Part shown: one piece after another, positions 29,365 through 41,847 of the stretch
Layout: each line of letters starts with the position of its first letter
Position numbering within the stretch: the first letter of the stretch is position 1
Assembly: GCA_964016885.1 (NCBI GenBank)
Contig: CAXHJY010000697.1
Span: forward strand, 1-53,803
Length of the DNA: 53,803 nucleotides
Reading direction: 5' to 3'
Origin: Eledone cirrhosa
Taxonomy: Eukaryota
The notes under the pieces: generated by a model
What the model was told of the DNA's origin: nothing
What the model saw: only the letters and a program-made list of their open reading frames with translations
Databases searched by the model: none
Translations under genes and position numbers: made by a program

Positions 29365-30902
29365 TGTGTGTGTGATATATTTGTGTAAACCACTTATGGT
29401 AAAATATGCACAACTCTCACATTTCATTTAAGATAATTGAAGATTTATATACAATCTATTGAATTGAGCATGCGCAGTTCTGAATAGCAATGACGTTAAG
29501 TGAAACAGAATTAAATTAAATGGCTACCGTTTCACTGTCTGACATGTATTGTCTCCATTGGGCTTTTATTTCTGTTACATTCACCTCAAAATTGATTTAG
29601 GGCGAGGCTAAATATATATTAGACATAACAAACTTTATTTTGAGAGATTATATAGCAAGGCATCCCCCCCCCCCCTAATTGCTTCATATGATGTCTAATA
29701 TCACGTTGAGTATCTTTCTAGTAAATTCATTCACAAACACACATTGTTTTATTGAATATAGTGTACAATATATTTACATTATTAAGTTACCATTAAAACT
29801 CTCGTGTCACTTTTCGTCGGTCAATTGTGACTGTTATTTAGCAGTGTTTAACTTGACATTGGGAAATCTCTGCGAGGGAATATCGTATTCTCCAAATCCA
29901 TAGCGTTTCCCCAACTGATGATAGAAAGCTCAATGCTGCCACGTATTTCTTAGAAAAAAAGCCAGCAAATCTTCTTCTAACTACAATTTACCGTCGTTTA
30001 AAAAGGCAATAGACATTGAGTCCTACAGTTTTAAATATATTCTACTCCAATAGAACACTGGATGGTCCCTGCCGGAACAGGAAAGTTGGTATCAAACAAC
30101 TTGCAGCGTTAGCCTTCCTTTCATTACAATAATCCTAGTTAAATTTCATGAATTATTGAACCAGTGTAGCTTATATAGCAATTGCAGTACACACAGAGAA
30201 GAATCTCGCCTGGAATGTGTTCGGACGGAGGTGTACCAGATTACAACTAAAAACTAGTCATGTTGTTGTGTTTGAAAGTTTCATTAAATATGATTTATAA
30301 ATCATTGTTATTATCAAGCATAGTTTGCCTATTGGGATGGGAAGGTTCCTCTCCCCTACAAGCCGATTCCAGGTTTATCCCTATACCGTACATAAACTTA
30401 TCAATCTCGTCTTTCCAGCTTGGGGTGGTGTGGCTGTTCTTGGCCATTGTCCGCGGAAATGCCTCTGCTATGTTGACCGCACTTGAAACACCGTTCTGAC
30501 CTAGGTGTAGAATCTGTCACCTCTCCTCTCCCACCTTTCTTTTTTTCGTTGTCTAGTAGTCCTTGCTCTTACCATCCTCTTCCTCTCATTTATAGCATTT
30601 ATAGTCCTTCCCAATACTACTTTCTTTTACTATATGTTTGACTAAATATTCAATTATTTATTATTTTTATGTAATTTTATCCAAGAAATATATTTGATTA
30701 TTTTGAAATATAATCTGTAAAGATATTTGATATCACAAAAATGTATATATATATATATATACACATATAAACAACCCCAACATGTACTCTCTCCTTATTC
30801 GCCATCTCCGATCTTCCTATTTTTACCCTCTATTGTATTCCAATTTTTTGTGTCACTAAGCTTGGTAGAGCTTATACTCAGCACTGTGTTTTTGTTTATT
30901 AA

Positions 30903-30947
30903 GCTCTGATGAATCCTGCCCAACGGTATGGATGAAACATTGTCAGC
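30903..30947 (+). ncRNA. Minimal hammerhead motif just upstream of the LMO4 acceptor
   Basis: GCT-CTGATGA-ATCC tgcc caac ggta t GGAT-GAAA-CATTG-TC-AGC; GUC triplet; stem I extendable through an internal loop (tttatt/aataaa and atactca/tgagtat further out). Confidence 0.65.
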
Positions 30948-31119
30948 AAATAAAAATTGTTTGAGTATGCAAGCGTTCTTTGATTTCTTTTACATATATA
31001 CACATATCTTAATTATATATATAAAAAATTTATATATATATACACACATATCTTAATTATATATATATATATCTTAATTATAAATCACTTTCATTTTTTT
31101 TTTTTTTCAATAATTGCAG

Positions 31120-31378
31120 ATTGTTCGGAGTGGGCGGTACATGCTATACATGTGGTCAGACGATCCCAGCCAATGAAATGGTGAGACGTGTGCAAGGAAA
31201 CGTATACCACTTGAAATGCTTCACGTGTGTCACGTGTCACAACCAGCTGGTGACGGGGGATCGGTTCAGCATTGTGAACGGGAACTTGGTGTGTGAACAA
31301 GACTATCCAAAAGTCTTAAAAGGACACGTACAATTACCAAACCGGAACAATCACAAAGTTGGATGGATACATTCTTAG
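31120..31378 (+). CDS. LMO4: Exon encoding the second LIM domain of a LIM-domain-only protein (LMO4-like)
   Basis: Polypyrimidine tract and CAG acceptor (AG 31118-31119), phase 2, then LFGVGGTCYTCGQTIPANEMVRRVQGNVYHLKCFTCVTCHNQLVTGDRFSIVNGNLVCEQD, a full C-x2-C...H-x2-C-x2-C-x2-C...C-x2-D LIM motif closely resembling LMO4 LIM2 (LFGNSGACSACGQSIPASELVMRAQGNVYHLKCFTC..., recalled). Ends at TAG 31376-31378 or at a possible GT donor at 31358. Confidence 0.9.
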
Positions 31379-31882
31379 AGACAAGCTATACTATCCAGAA
31401 ATAATAATAATAATAATAATAATAATTATTATTATTATTAATAATAATAAGTTTAATTTCGACAGTGCCGGATTACGGGACATGAAAACAATAAAAAACA
31501 ATAAATATATTATAAAAAAAACAGACATAAACAATGAAATATAATAGAATAAAAAAGGAATAAAAAATATATTGAAAAGAGACATTAAAATAAAATGCTA
31601 CAGGAACATTACTGCGGCTAATGATGATGATGAAGTATATGAATATTATTATTATTATTGTAAAATATAATTAAAAAGAAAGAGAAATATAGAAAGGAAC
31701 AAAATGAAGGATTATTGCTAGTAAAATAAATCACGTGACGTTAGAGATGGCCAATGTTATTGGTGTTGAATAGTAAAATGTAAAAAGAAAAAATGGCGAC
31801 AAAAAGGGAGATTACTTTGTCAGCACTGCACGGTGAAGACTATTACTTGTGAGCAGTGTATATATGTAGATATAAACAATAA

Positions 31883-31922
<40 letters not shown>

Positions 31923-32480
31923 TATATATGGCATGTGTATCTAAATATGTTACATGTATATATGTGGGTATATATGCATGTATATATGTATATAAGTGTT
32001 TAATTTAAATATGGTACATAGATTTTTGTGAGCATATATAGATATATGTGTGTATATATATGCGTATAAATGTGTGTATGTATGTATGTATGTATGTTTG
32101 TGATATATATAATATGTAAGTACTTATACATATATGTATGCATAGGTTTGCGCAATGGTTAAGTGTGTGTATGTGTGTTTGTATGTGTGTATGTAATGTT
32201 GTTATTGCTCATAAACCGTATTGTCCCAATGGACGACGACTGAAAGAATCTTGTAATTCATTCGGGAAAGAACATCTAAGAAAGATTTACTAAAGAACAT
32301 GAACGAAAAAGAAAAAAAAGAACAAATATGAATAAAAGGAAAAAAAGCATAACAAAATTTAAAAAAAAATGAAAAGATAAATGAAATAAAAATTCAAAAC
32401 CAATAAAATCAGAGTTGAAAATTATTATAAATGTTTGATAATGAAATAACGGAACAGGAAATGAACGGTGAGTATATGTA

Positions 32481-32531
<51 letters not shown>

Positions 32532-32535
<4 letters not shown>

Positions 32536-32885
32536 GGAGGTGAGTTTTATTGTAGTACAATAAAGCAATGCAGATATCGGATAAGAAGCACTCTACAGTT
32601 TGTAGGACTGGAGTATACATAATATATAAGATCAAAAGATGGTTAAATGAATTCCATGTATTTTATTATGCGCATTTCAAAAACAAATATCATCATGCAA
32701 AAACATTTGTGTTTTCATCATATGTTGATTTAAAACTGCACTATCCACAAGTGTTTTTTAACCTTCATATCATGTCCTCCTATTTTATCTGATGAAAATA
32801 CAAATGTTATTGCATGATGATATTTGTTTTTGAAATGCGCATAATAAAATACATGGAACTCATTTAACCATCTTTTAATCTTATA
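32532..32885. mobile_element. Family B hammerhead element, opposite orientation
   Basis: 32532-32625 is the reverse complement of 29011-29101; contains its own fold-back (~32622-32885). Confidence 0.8.
32781..32851 (+). ncRNA. Minimal hammerhead motif, family B
   Basis: TATTTTAT-CTGATGA-...-GAAA-TGCGCA-TA-ATAAAATA; N7 differs from the 28906 copy while the invariant core is kept. Confidence 0.72.
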
Positions 32886-32893
32886 TATATATA

Positions 32894-33194
32894 TATGACC
32901 AATCAAAATTGTTTTGACCACAAGCATTTTTGCAACACAAAAATAACGCTGGAGCCACTTTTTTAACATAAAAACAGGTAGAATTCCCAAAACTAATCAG
33001 ATCAGAGCAATCTTATATATATATATATATATGACCAATCAAAATTGTTTTGACCAGAGCAATCTTATATATATATATATGACCAATCAAAATTGTTTTG
33101 ACCACAAGCATTTTTGCAACACAAAAATAACGCTGGAGCCACTTTTTTAACATAAAAACAGGTAGAATTCCCAAAACTAATCAGATCAGAGCAA
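32894..33194. repeat. Local tandem duplication (full, deleted, full)
   Basis: tgaccaatcaaaattgttttgacc starts near 32896, 33032, 33080; the middle copy is internally deleted. Confidence 0.85.
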
Positions 33195-33516
33195 ACAGCA
33201 CGGACACTCTATCTCAAAATTATTTTTGAAAAGCATTTAGAAATGCGCAACCGGTAAAAACTTAAAAACTTAAAACCACAACTGAATACTAACCCATACA
33301 ATTACTAATACTCTTTTATTCCTAATTAAACCATTTTTCAACTGTGAACAATTTGTCAGCATTTTCTATTCTGTTTACCAATATATATATATATATACAC
33401 ATACACACACACACATGTATATGTGTGTATTTATATGTGTGTATACATATGTATAAATATGTACGTATTGTATGTACATATGTGCATATTCATTTATTTT
33501 TTTATTCAATTTAAAG

Positions 33517-33582
33517 GTCTGTGTAGAGCTAGTAAGCCATGGCAGACTAGGAGAAGTATCTAGTACCACTTACAGTTGGTAA
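33517..33582 (+). CDS. Candidate terminal exon of the LMO4-like gene (VCVELVSHGRLGEVSSTTYSW*)
   Basis: T-rich tract + AAG acceptor at 33515-33516 followed by GTC TGT (Val-Cys); splicing from AAA|GT at 31357/31358 gives ...HK|VC, like the recalled vertebrate LMO4 ...QK|VC* junction. Donor GTTGGA and AAG acceptor are both weak. Confidence 0.35.
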   Translation, partial: VCVELVSHGRLGEVSSTTYSW

Positions 33583-33668
33583 TCAAAAGGAACTAGTGAG
33601 ACAAGTAATAATTTTAAAAAAAGTGAAAAAAAGGGGAAAAAATCAATATGAAACGCGGCCAATGGGAG

Positions 33669-34255
33669 GCAGATTTGACTGAGAGGCTGTGAAACAGAAG
33701 TCCTTCTTGTCGAATCTCTATATGTCTGTATATATATATGTGTAGATATATGTGTGTATGTATATGTGTGTATGTGTGTGTGTGTATGTATATATGTGCA
33801 GATTTGACTGGGAGGCTGTGAAACAGAAGTCCTTCTTGTCGAATCTCTATATGTCTGTATATATATATATATGTGTAGATATATGTGTGTGTGTATATGT
33901 GTGTATGTATATGTGTGTATGTATGTGTGTGTATGTATATATGTGCAGATTATGACTGGGAAGCTGTGAAACAGAAGTCCTTCTTGTCGAATCTCTATGT
34001 CGATATATATATGTGTAGATATATGTCTGTATATATATATGTGTAGATATATGTGTGTATGTATGTGTGTGTATGTATATATGTGCAGATTATGACTGGG
34101 AAGCTGTGAAACAGAAGTCCTTCTTGTCGAATCTCTATGTCTGTATATATATATGTGTAAATATATGTCTGTATATATATATATATGTAGATATATGTGT
34201 GTATGTATATATGTGCAGATTATGACTGGGAGGCTGTGAAACAGATGTCCTTCTA
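33669..34255. repeat. Minisatellite: ~50-bp constant unit x5 with variable TA/TG spacers
   Basis: gcagatt(a)tgactggga(g/a)gctgtgaaacagaagtccttcttgtcgaatctctat at ~33669, 33798, 33945, 34085, 34215. Confidence 0.88.
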
Positions 34256-34314
34256 TATCTGTATATATATATGTGTAGATATATGTGTGTAGATATGTGT
34301 CTGTATACATATAT

Positions 34315-34560
34315 ACAGAGGAAGCAGAGCAGATGCTAAAAACTACAGACCTGTCTCCCTGACCTCACATACTAGCAAATTGATGAAACGAATCATCAGA
34401 TGGAAACTGATCACTCACTTTCCTTTAGAGGAAACTGACACCCAACATGGCTTTGACCGCCTAGAAGTTGTCTTGCGCAGCTCTTACAGCAGTATAACTG
34501 GATACTAAAACTGCTGCTAGACCATTCGACAAGGTTGACCATCGAATGATGTCACAAACT
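34315..34560 (+). pseudogene. Decayed LINE reverse transcriptase fragment (CR1-like)
   Basis: RGSRADAKNYRPVSLTSHTSKLMKRII...QHGF...FDKVDH with frameshifts. Confidence 0.7.
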
Positions 34561-35246
34561 ACGCTTAAAATACCGAAGAAACGCCGTACTTCAATATGGC
34601 GTAACTAGGAATCTATCAGGCGTTACGAGACCGTACACACAATTCCCCATCAAAATAGGAAAATTGATTAAAAACTGTCAAGTGAAAGAAACAAGATTAT
34701 TGGGGAAAAACGGAAATACATATATATGCACAAAATTTAGGGGCCTAAGGAAAAGGCAAAGAGACACATGCACACATGCAACATGCATACATAGTCACAA
34801 ACACACTTATTTATATATATATATATTCGAATTTATATACAGATTTATATGTATATGTATATATATACATATGTGCATATATATATGTATGTAAATATAT
34901 AAATATATAAATAAAGTATATATAGATGTGTTTCTGGATATATGTTCCATTGTCCTGTGTTTCACCTTCTATCGGTACATTTACTTCGTTTTTTTCTTTT
35001 TTTCTTCTTCCCTTTTTATTTCTTCCTCTCTCTTCACTATCACTTCTTTCCGTCATGGACTTTTGATAGATTTTTATCATGGGCGCGCTACGGATCGATG
35101 TCGTGTTCTATGCGCCGAAACATCCAAGATCCGTAGTAAACAGCTGCCGAAGGGAAACTTTTCTTTTTTTTCTTCTTCTCTTGTTTGTGTCCCGATCACC
35201 TTCTAACGCTTCATTTTCAGTAACCACACAGCCTCGCGTCCCATCA

Positions 35247-35353
<107 letters not shown>

Positions 35354-35636
35354 AAGCATTGAATCCCGATTTGTTGACACTTATTTCCAGCCACACTAAC
35401 GCACCTTCTTGAAGAACATATATTATCGTATAATTACAACATTGAATCCTATGATGACGATGCAGCTACTGTTCAGATCTACAGCAATAACATGCACCTC
35501 ACATTAAAAAGGAAATAAAGACAGGAAAATTGTTAGTGGATAATAAATTGAGGATTAATAGGATGACGTGTTTTAGGTAGTCTTATGAACACAACTTTCA
35601 AGAAAATAAAGAAAAAACACACACCACGTATAATAT

Positions 35637-35982
35637 GAGAAGATGAAGACGAAAATGAAGAAGAAGAAGATGAAGAAGAAAAGAAGAAAAAGAAGAAGAA
35701 GAGAAAGAAGAAGAAGAAGGCAAAGAAGAAGAAGAAGAAGAAAAAGAAAAGGAAAAAGAAAAAGAAGAAGAAAAGAAGAAAAAGATGAAGAAGAAGAAGG
35801 CAAAGAAGAAGAAGAAAAGAAGAAAAGAAGAAGAAGAAGAAGAAAAAAAAGAAGAAGAAGTAGAAGAAAAAGAAAAGAAGAAAAAGATGAAGAAGAAGAA
35901 GAAAAGAAGAAAAAGATGAAGAGGAAGAAGAAAAGAAGAAGAAAAGAAGAAGAAAAGAAGAAAAAGATGAAGAAGAAGAAGA
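35637..35982. repeat. (GAA)n-type polypurine tract
   Basis: Direct reading. Confidence 0.95.
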
Positions 35983-36413
35983 CAGGACCCACTGGAAGGA
36001 ATGTTTGAGCACTCGGCCCCTACGATTCTCTCATGAAGAAGGATATCAACAACAACAACAACACGCAACACATTTTGGTGTATTTTAGCAATTAATTCCA
36101 GAATAGAGTGGTTTGTATAACTCTCCTTTAATTGTAACCACAATAACCAGTTACAACTTGGTATAGTCTCACTCACACACAGATACACACACTTACATAT
36201 AACTACACACACACATATATATATCCTTTGTGCTATATATGTGTATATATGTGTATATATATATATATATGTGTGTATATATGTATATATATATATATAT
36301 ATATATGTGTGTATATATGTGTATATATATATATATGTGTGTATATATGTGTGTATATATATATATATATGTGTATATATGTGTGTATATATATACATAT
36401 ATGTGTATATATG

Positions 36414-36444
<31 letters not shown>

Positions 36445-36501
36445 GTGTATATATGTATATATATATATGTATATATATATATATGTATATACATATATAT
36501 G

Positions 36502-36534
<33 letters not shown>

Positions 36535-36575
36535 GTATATATATATATGTATATATATATATATGTATATATATG

Positions 36576-36608
<33 letters not shown>

Positions 36609-36709
36609 GTATATATATGTATATATATATATGTATATATATGTATATATATATATATATGTATATATATGTATATATATATATATATGTATATATATGT
36701 ATATATATG

Positions 36710-36747
<38 letters not shown>

Positions 36748-36832
36748 TATATATACATATATATATATATATACATATATATACATATATATATATACAT
36801 ATATATAGATATATATATATACATATATATAC

Positions 36833-36961
<129 letters not shown>

Positions 36962-38543
36962 TAAATAGCCCTGAGTCTGGTGACGCTATTAAAAACTCCA
37001 GCAAATTGTTTTCCTTTATATTAGAGAGCTACAAATTGCCACAACGGAATTGAAGAGACACAAATTCTTTTCTTCACCCTTTCTACATTACATTGTCTTT
37101 GTGCTGAACACAGCAATAAAAAAAAATCACACCATTTATATTGTATGCTGTCTCTCTGTCTTTCTTTTATATTAATGTAATCACTAATTAGATATTTTAA
37201 TAATTGAACTAATGATCAACAGATCGTATTAGAAACTAGATTAACATAATACTCCGATGTCGAGAACACTCTGTTCTTTCTTTGTTGGTTCTTTTGAATA
37301 TTGCTGCATTATTTTTTTTATCTCCGCTTAATGTTTCTAGTCCGTGACATTGAAACATGGCCTCCATCTTTTTAAGTGTGTACGTGTGTCCGTATATGTG
37401 TTGCTGGGCTAAACTTGACAATTGACAATTGTGCAACCCTATGATGCACATCGACTTAAAAAATATGCGTGCGCATGGCGAATGAAGACAATAGGCAAGG
37501 TGGGTCTAGCGGTGATGCAAACTACCCCGGCCCCAGCGTCCCCAACCGCATAACGCCGACCGAGATAGTCTGTGGAATACTCCAACGTAGAAACGCCAGT
37601 GCGGGGCGGTATCACCCCACCGGCAGGGACAGAACAGTAAGCAGAAACCATAACACGCAACGGGGCAGCAGCAGTGCTGGAGGCCGTGGGACCACAACAA
37701 CTTCTCACTCAACGGCCTGCTGTGTACTCAACCCATTCACATAGGACTGACTCTGCTTAGAAAAATAACTTGGTTTAATCCACCACATTCCGTGGGTCTG
37801 TAGACCAGCATGGCCCCGCTTATTCTTTAGGGGATTGGATAAATGCTTCCCGAGGACCTACAGATACCACAAAATCTTTAATTGGCACACGGTGAAGCTC
37901 TCATAATCCACCGCGTGCAGCGTAGCCCAGCACATAGCTAATATAAATAGAAATAGACTTAGGACTTTAGACAGAGAACAGCTGAACCTATAGACACCCA
38001 GCAGAGCCATGACAGGGTAAACAGTGGACCCAGGATTGACCCGAGTAACACCTACCGACCCAGGGACCCGGTGCAAGTCACAGGGATGGACCGCCCCAAC
38101 CTACCTAATGGGCACCCCACAGTAAACATACAGAGTCAATCACTTCATGCCCCCTTAGAAATGAATGCCTGGTGAAGTATCTACTCTACCGGTGCAGGTT
38201 TACAACCGCAGGGAACATTTCTGTGGTACATGTAGACACCTAAGGACGGGACCTTTCCTCAAGCTATATGGATAGCAACCCCACCCCACTGAATCCCAGA
38301 GAGACCAAGCCCGCCCGCTGAACTGACCTCTCTCCTCTCCTCTTGTCTCGACTAGCATTTAAAAACACTTCAGAGCCGCACTTACTTAGCGGCTAGGCTT
38401 GTGCCTCACATCACAATGGTTCACCCTTCTTTTTCACTTCCTTAGTTCTAACCCACGTAGCCAGCCACTAGCTAATTAGAGAGATAATATATGTTGGCAG
38501 AATCCTATCCTGGGTATCTCCATGCACTCCATATTTCCGTTCA

Positions 38544-38822
38544 CCAGCTCCTGGTTGTGTTGTTATTTCTCTGAGGAAAGATATCTTACCTATTATTGTT
38601 TTTATTGGAGAACGTATGTCTTATTTACTTATCACAGTTAGTACTGACTTTTATGTGTGAAAGCAGTTAGGTTGGAGGTAGCTTGTCCTTCGGAAAACCG
38701 GATTACAGACCAGGGGTGTATAGTGAAACTGTGATAAGTAAATAAGACATACATTCTCCAATAAAAACAATAATAGGTAAGATATCTTTCCTCAGAGAAA
38801 TAACAACACAACCAGGAGCTGG
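38544..38822. repeat. Inverted repeat, 96-bp arms, 87-bp spacer
   Basis: 38544-38639 is the reverse complement of 38727-38822 (one mismatch seen); hammerhead 64 bp downstream. Confidence 0.85.
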
Positions 38823-38885
38823 ACATTGAACAGAGTAAAACACAATTCAACAACATGTGTACCTGTCTTTCCCACACCAATTCGG

Positions 38886-38940
38886 ACTGCCTGAAGATGT
38901 CACAGCCAATGATGGCTGTCACCGAAATATATATAGCAGT
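38886..38940 (+). ncRNA. Minimal hammerhead motif
   Basis: ACTGC-CTGAAGA-tgtcACAGCCA atga TGGCTGTcacc-GAAA-TATATA-TA-GCAGT. Confidence 0.68.
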
Positions 38941-38969
38941 ATATCTATAATTTATAATAAACGAAGCCA

Positions 38970-39280
38970 AATTTTACATATTTCACTTACTTATTTTATA
39001 TATATATATATATATAATTTTACATATTTCACTTACTTATTTTATATATATATATATATATAATTTTACATATTTCACTTACTTATTTTATATATATATA
39101 TATATATAATTTTACATATTTCACTTACTTATTTTATATATATATATATATATAATTTTACATATTTCACTTACTTATTTTATATATATATATATATATA
39201 ATTTTACATATTTCACTTACTTATTTTATATATATATATATATATAATTTTACATATTTCACTTACTTATTTTATATATA
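38970..39280. repeat. ~45-bp minisatellite x7
   Basis: aattttacatatttcacttacttatttt(at)n. Confidence 0.9.
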
Positions 39281-39660
39281 TATATATAATATATATATAA
39301 TATATATATATAATATAATATATATATAATATAATATATATATATAATATATATATAATATATATATATAATATAATATATATATAATATAATATATATA
39401 TATATATATAATATATATATAATATATATATATAATATAATATATATATAATATATATATATATATAATATAATATATATATTATATATATATATAATAT
39501 AATATATAATATAATATATATATAATATATATATATAATATAATATATATATAATATATATATATAATATATATATAATATAATATATATATAATATATA
39601 TATATAATATATATATATAATATATATATATAATATATATATAATATATATATATAATAT

Positions 39661-39711
<51 letters not shown>

Positions 39712-40042
39712 TATAATATATATATATATAATATAATATATATATAATATATATATTATATATATAATATATATATATAATATAATATATATATAATATA
39801 TATATATAATATAATATATATAATTAAGTTAAAAATGTACATCCACATATGTATACTGAAATACTAGTATGCATATGAATACACACACGTGTACATATGT
39901 AGATGTACCGAGTTTTTCACTGGACACTTTACTGTGAGTGTCCAGCTATTCTGTATGTAAACACACAGACAAACCGGTTTTTAGAGTCATACTGGTTTTC
40001 GAGGAAACACCTTTCCTCTATTCTCCAGAAAGCCAGACAAGG

Positions 40043-40087
40043 AATATTGGACTAGTTTCGATGTTGTTACATCTCATCAGCAATATT
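40043..40087 (-). ncRNA. Minimal type I hammerhead ribozyme (inverted arm of array)
   Basis: Exact reverse complement of 40871-40915. Confidence 0.88.
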
Positions 40088-40870
40088 TACCTATCTTCCG
40101 GCCTTTCTAGAGAATCGTAAAAGCACATATCGTTATATGCTTTTTCTATGAAAATTAGTAGTGGGCAGACTAATTTGCATAGAGCGTGAGTACGTACCGG
40201 TTCAGCGGAGACGATAAAAACAAATAACGAAACGAAATTAAATTTCGTTTCGTTTGTAACTCACTTTTGTATGACTGACGCTTAAACAATTAAGTTAAAA
40301 ATGTACATCCACATATGTATACTGAAATACTAGTATGCATATGAATACACACACGTGTACATATGTAGATGTACCGAGTTTTTCACTGGACACTTTACTG
40401 TGAGTGTCCAGCTATTCTGTATGTAAACACACAGACAAACCGGTTTTTAGAGTCATACTGGTTTTCGAGAATAGAGGAAAGGTGTTTCCTCGAAAACCAG
40501 TATGACTCTAAAAACCGGTTTGTCTGTGTGTTTACATACAGAATAGCTGGACACTCACAGTAAAGTGTCCAGTGAAAAACTCGGTACATCTACATATGTA
40601 CACGTGTGTGTATTCATATGCATACTAGTATTTCAGTATACATATGTGGATGTACATTTTTAACTTAATTGTTTAAGCGTCAGTCATACAAAAGTGAGTT
40701 ACAAACGAAACGAAATTTAATTTCGTTTCGTTATTTGTTTTTATCGTCTCCGCTGAACCGGTACGTACTCACGCTCTATGCAAATTAGTCTGCCCACTAC
40801 TAATTTTCATAGAAAAAGCATATAACGATATGTGCTTTTACGATTCTCTAGAAAGGCCGGAAGATAGGTA

Positions 40871-40915
40871 AATATTGCTGATGAGATGTAACAACATCGA
40901 AACTAGTCCAATATT
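40871..40915 (+). ncRNA. Minimal type I hammerhead ribozyme (array unit 1)
   Basis: AATATTG-CTGATGA-GATGT aaca ACATC-GAAA-CTAG-TC-CAATATT: 7-bp stem I, intact core, 5-bp stem II, palindromic ACUAGU stem III, GUC triplet (predicted cut after 40908). Confidence 0.9.
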
Positions 40916-41336
40916 CCTTGTCTGGCTTTCTGGAGAATAGAGGAAAGGTGTTTCCTCGAAAACCAGTATGACTCTAAAAACCGGTTTGTCTGTGTGTTTA
41001 CATACAGAATAGCTGGACACTCACAGTAAAGTGTCCAGTGAAAAACTCGGTACATCTACATATGTACACGTGTGTGTATTCATATGCATACTAGTATTTC
41101 AGTATACATATGTGGATGTACATTTTTAACTTAATTGTTTAAGCGTCAGTCATACAAAAGTGAGTTACAAACGAAACGAAATTTAATTTCGTTTCGTTAT
41201 TTGTTTTTATCGTCTCCGCTGAACCGGTACGTACTCACGCTCTATGCAAATTAGTCTGCCCACTACTAATTTTCATAGAAAAAGCATATAACGATATGTG
41301 CTTTTACGATTCTCTAGAAAGGCCGGAAGATAGGTA

Positions 41337-41381
41337 AATATTGCTGATGAGATGTAACAACATCGAAACTAGTCCAATATT
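41337..41381 (+). ncRNA. Minimal type I hammerhead ribozyme (array unit 2)
   Basis: Identical to 40871-40915, +466 bp. Confidence 0.9.
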
Positions 41382-41802
41382 CCTTGTCTGGCTTTCTGGA
41401 GAATAGAGGAAAGGTGTTTCCTCGAAAACCAGTATGACTCTAAAAACCGGTTTGTCTGTGTGTTTACATACAGAATAGCTGGACACTCACAGTAAAGTGT
41501 CCAGTGAAAAACTCGGTACATCTACATATGTACACGTGTGTGTATTCATATGCATACTAGTATTTCAGTATACATATGTGGATGTACATTTTTAACTTAA
41601 TTGTTTAAGCGTCAGTCATACAAAAGTGAGTTACAAACGAAACGAAATTTAATTTCGTTTCGTTATTTGTTTTTATCGTCTCCGCTGAACCGGTACGTAC
41701 TCACGCTCTATGCAAATTAGTCTGCCCACTACTAATTTTCATAGAAAAAGCATATAACGATATGTGCTTTTACGATTCTCTAGAAAGGCCGGAAGATAGG
41801 TA

Positions 41803-41847
41803 AATATTGCTGATGAGATGTAACAACATCGAAACTAGTCCAATATT
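41803..41847 (+). ncRNA. Minimal type I hammerhead ribozyme (array unit 3)
   Basis: Identical to 40871-40915, +932 bp. Confidence 0.9.

Noticed and set aside
29914-29930. CTGATGA-ta-GAAA hammerhead-like core
   Set aside because: No stem II and no stem I complementarity.
33669-34255. CRISPR-like repeat-spacer appearance
   Set aside because: Spacers are low-complexity microsatellite, context is eukaryotic, no cas genes.
35643-36008. Lys/Arg/Glu-rich ORF
   Set aside because: (GAA)n repeat translation.
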